64,000 bases of DNA, from contig JAVRCV020000063.1 in assembly GCA_034530615.2 (NCBI GenBank), positions 8,976 through 72,975 on the forward strand, in the 5' to 3' direction. The DNA comes from Aulosira sp. ZfuVER01. Its GTDB lineage: Bacteria > Cyanobacteriota > Cyanobacteriia > Cyanobacteriales > Nostocaceae. This document shows, in pieces, positions 61,355 through 64,000 of this stretch. Within the stretch, counting starts at the first letter, position 1, and the number at the start of each line of letters is the position of its first letter. Under the pieces are notes generated by a model that was given only the letters and a program-made list of their open reading frames with translations, had not been told where the DNA came from and did no database searches. A program made the translations under genes and the position numbers.

Positions 61355-64000
61355 ATGGTTAACAGTTCTGAAGGCGATATAAATATTGGCTCTCATGTCC
61401 AAGGTATTTCTGAATACTACTTGTTTTCTGACAGTAAGTCTGAGGACATTCATCGTCGTCCACTTAAAATAGACTCTCCATACTTAGGACTAAAAACTTT
61501 TGAAATTCAAGATAAAGACAAATTTTTTGGTCGGGAGAAGTGGATCATTGAGATTAGCGATCGCTTAAAACAAGATAATGTACTCTTGCTTTTGGGAGTA
61601 GCATATAGTGGCAAATCATCGTTGATTCTGGCAGGTTTAATTCCTTATTTAGGATTTCGTGAAAATTCCTTAATTTGCATAACTTTTCAACCAAATAAAA
61701 ATCCTTTTAAATCCCTTTATGAAAGTCTTAATTTTAACCCTGAAAAACAATCAAAAATAGCGGATGGCAGTCGAGAAATAAAAGAAGATGGTCTAATTAA
61801 AATTGTGAAATTTATCAAACAAAATTATCAGTATGTTCTGATTTTTATTGACCAATTTGAAGAACTGTTTACGGAAACTCCAAAGCCGGAACGTGACAAA
61901 TTTGTTGCTAGTCTCTTTCAACTGATCCAGCAGCAGGATAGCTCTGTCAAAATTGTTTTAACAATGCGATCTAGTTTTTTGGATAGATTTAGTGAGTATA
62001 CGCAACTTGCGAAGCTTCACGACCGCTATAGTTGTATACTCACTAGAATGAGCGATGATGAATTAAAGTTAGCGATCGCTAAACCTGCTGCTCGAAATGG
62101 CGTTACCTTTGAACCAGGACTAATTGAGCAAATTATTCATGATTTTCACCAACAAGGTGATTCTTTACGACTTCTGGAATACACTCTGGATGTATTGTGG
62201 AAAAGCGAAAATATTCAAAACCGAGTTCTGAAAACAAAGACTTATAAAGAACTAAAAGAGCACATATTTGGTTATTTCAGCGAACAAGCTAATCAATTTA
62301 TTCATCCTAGTGTTGGATGGCACGATCGCCATTTGAGAGAAAAGGAACAAGAGATTCAAAAGTTAAACCTTGCACTGACTGAATTAAAACTGCGCGAGCA
62401 ATCCGCCAGGGTTTTGAATTTACTTCCTGTCCAACCGTTAGAGGGTTTGGTGCTGGCAATTCAAACAATGGGTGAGAATCTAGAGAAATACCCAAACCAG
62501 CTTCTAGCTTCTGTTTTGGGAAGCTTAAAGGAAGCAACGAACACACCTATAGAAGCAAATAGCTTGCGTGGACACGAGCAAGAGGTTAATTGTCTAGCCT
62601 TTAGTCCTGATGGCAAGTTTATTGCCAGTGGCAGTAGTGATTCTACGGTGTGCTTGTGGAATATTATTGGCAATCCGACTGCTCAATTTTTGCTGGGACA
62701 CGAGCAAGAGGTTAATTGTCTAGCCTTTAGTCCTGATGGCAAGTTTATTATTAGTGGCAGTATTGATGGAATTTTATGTTTATGGGATTTACAAGGTAAT
62801 CTCATTACTCAGCCGTGGCAGGGACATGAGGAAGGAGTTATTTCCGTCACCTTTAACTCAAATGGCAATTGCATTATTAGTGTTGGTTTTGACGGGACGG
62901 TGTGTTTGTGGAATTTACAAGGTAACGCCATTGCTCAACCTTGGCGCGGACACAAGGAAGGAGTTATTTCCGTTACCTTTAGTCCAAAAAGTGATTCTAT
63001 TATTAGTGTTGGTTTTGACGGGACGGTGTGTTTGTGGGATCTACAAGGTAACGCCATCACTCAACCCTGGCACAGACATGAGGCAAAAATTATTTGCGTC
63101 GCTTTTAGCCCCGATCGCAAGTTTATTGTTAGTGGTAGTAGTGATTCTACAGTGCGGTTGTGGGACATCCAAGGTAATCCCGTCGGTCAACCTTGGCACG
63201 GGCATGAAGGACGTGTAAATTCTGTAGCGTTTAGTCCTGATGGCAAGTTTATTATTAGTGGTAGCTGCGATCGCACAATACGCTTGTGGGATATTGACGG
63301 CAACCCCATAACTCAACCTTGGCGCGGACATGAAGGACAGGTTAATTTCCTAGCCTTTAGTCCCGATGGCAAGCTGATTATCAGTGGTGGCGATAAAACT
63401 GTGCGTTTGTGGGAGCTAGATCAAATACTACAAGAACGGGTCATCGGGCGATCGCAGCGCAAATATGAGAATTGGGTCAATGCTGTCGCCTTTAGCCCGG
63501 ATGGCAACTGGATTGTCAGTGCCAGCAATGATTCTACTGTCCGCTTGTGGGATACCAACGGCAACCCCATCAGTCAACCTTGGCACGGGCATGAAAAAGA
63601 AGTCAATTGTGTCGCCTTTAGCCCTGATGGCAACTGGATTGTCAGTGCCAGCAATGATTCTACTGTCCGCTTGTGGGATCGCAACGGCAACCTCATCGGT
63701 CAACCTTGGCGCGGGCATGAAAAAGAAGTCAATTGTGTCGCCTTTAGCCCGGATGGCAACTGGATTATCAGTGCCAGCAATGATTCTACTGTCCGCTTGT
63801 GGGATCGCAACGGCAACCTCATCGGTCAACCTTGGCGCGGGCATGAAAAAGAAGTCAATTGTGTCGCCTTTAGCCCGGATGGCAACTGGATTGTCAGTGC
63901 CAGCAATGATTCTACTGTCCGCTTGTGGGATCGCAACGGCAACCCCATCGGTCAACCTTGGCGCGGGCATGAAAAAGAAGTCAATTGTGTCGCCTTTAGC
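61355..64000 (+). CDS. STAND (nSTAND1-like) NTPase plus WD40 repeat protein, 3' end outside window
   Basis: ATG after AAGGAG; SPYLGL...FFGRE, GVAYSGKSS, IDQFEELFT, then GH...AFSPDG...LWD repeats in the same frame; absent from the ORF track because it has no stop in the window. Confidence 0.9.
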   Translation, partial: MVNSSEGDINIGSHVQGISEYYLFSDSKSEDIHRRPLKIDSPYLGLKTFEIQDKDKFFGREKWIIEISDRLKQDNVLLLLGVAYSGKSSLILAGLIPYLGFRENSLICITFQPNKNPFKSLYESLNFNPEKQSKIADGSREIKEDGLIKIVKFIKQNYQYVLIFIDQFEELFTETPKPERDKFVASLFQLIQQQDSSVKIVLTMRSSFLDRFSEYTQLAKLHDRYSCILTRMSDDELKLAIAKPAARNGVTFEPGLIEQIIHDFHQQGDSLRLLEYTLDVLWKSENIQNRVLKTKTYKELKEHIFGYFSEQANQFIHPSVGWHDRHLREKEQEIQKLNLALTELKLREQSARVLNLLPVQPLEGLVLAIQTMGENLEKYPNQLLASVLGSLKEATNTPIEANSLRGHEQEVNCLAFSPDGKFIASGSSDSTVCLWNIIGNPTAQFLLGHEQEVNCLAFSPDGKFIISGSIDGILCLWDLQGNLITQPWQGHEEGVISVTFNSNGNCIISVGFDGTVCLWNLQGNAIAQPWRGHKEGVISVTFSPKSDSIISVGFDGTVCLWDLQGNAITQPWHRHEAKIICVAFSPDRKFIVSGSSDSTVRLWDIQGNPVGQPWHGHEGRVNSVAFSPDGKFIISGSCDRTIRLWDIDGNPITQPWRGHEGQVNFLAFSPDGKLIISGGDKTVRLWELDQILQERVIGRSQRKYENWVNAVAFSPDGNWIVSASNDSTVRLWDTNGNPISQPWHGHEKEVNCVAFSPDGNWIVSASNDSTVRLWDRNGNLIGQPWRGHEKEVNCVAFSPDGNWIISASNDSTVRLWDRNGNLIGQPWRGHEKEVNCVAFSPDGNWIVSASNDSTVRLWDRNGNPIGQPWRGHEKEVNCVAFS
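63485..64000. repeat. Near-identical 126-bp tandem WD40 coding repeats (at least 4 copies)
   Basis: Units start at 63485, 63611, 63737, 63863 and 63989. Confidence 0.95.

Noticed and set aside
62307..63970. Several ORF-track entries including the repetitive 180-aa minus-strand ORF
   Set aside because: They are alternative frames of the STAND-WD40 gene.

Overview
A 64-kb chromosomal window from a heterocyst-forming cyanobacterium (Nostocales-like: abundant HIP1 GCGATCGC sites, STRR-type repeats, nif/hes/fdxH and gvp genes). From left to right it holds: (1) about 19 kb of mixed genes (ABC exporter, GNATs, GST, pentapeptide-repeat proteins, oxidoreductases, a desaturase) ending abruptly at a 5'-truncated nifE whose breakpoint lies at the centre of an inverted repeat, the likely end of a heterocyst-specific excision or inversion element; (2) nifE'-nifN-nifX-orf-orf-nifW-hesA-hesB-fdxH-feoA; (3) a minus-strand run led by rtcB, which is split in its GSLGGG^NH motif by an 811-nt group I intron carrying a decayed HNH homing endonuclease, followed by ATP-grasp, thioredoxin-NHL, KGK pseudogene, DUF952 and AtzG/AtzE-like genes; (4) a Ptx-like phototaxis chemosensory cluster with a 7-GAF cyanobacteriochrome MCP and a degenerate second CheA; (5) directly upstream on the same strand, a rearranged gas-vesicle cluster that includes a Cdc48-like AAA ATPase and a two-domain ArsA/Get3-like ATPase; (6) a STAND-NTPase/WD40 gene running off the right end. 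Very small mobile repeats (21-44 nt) are inserted in several genes and intergenic regions. All calls come from reading motifs by eye; no database searches were run.
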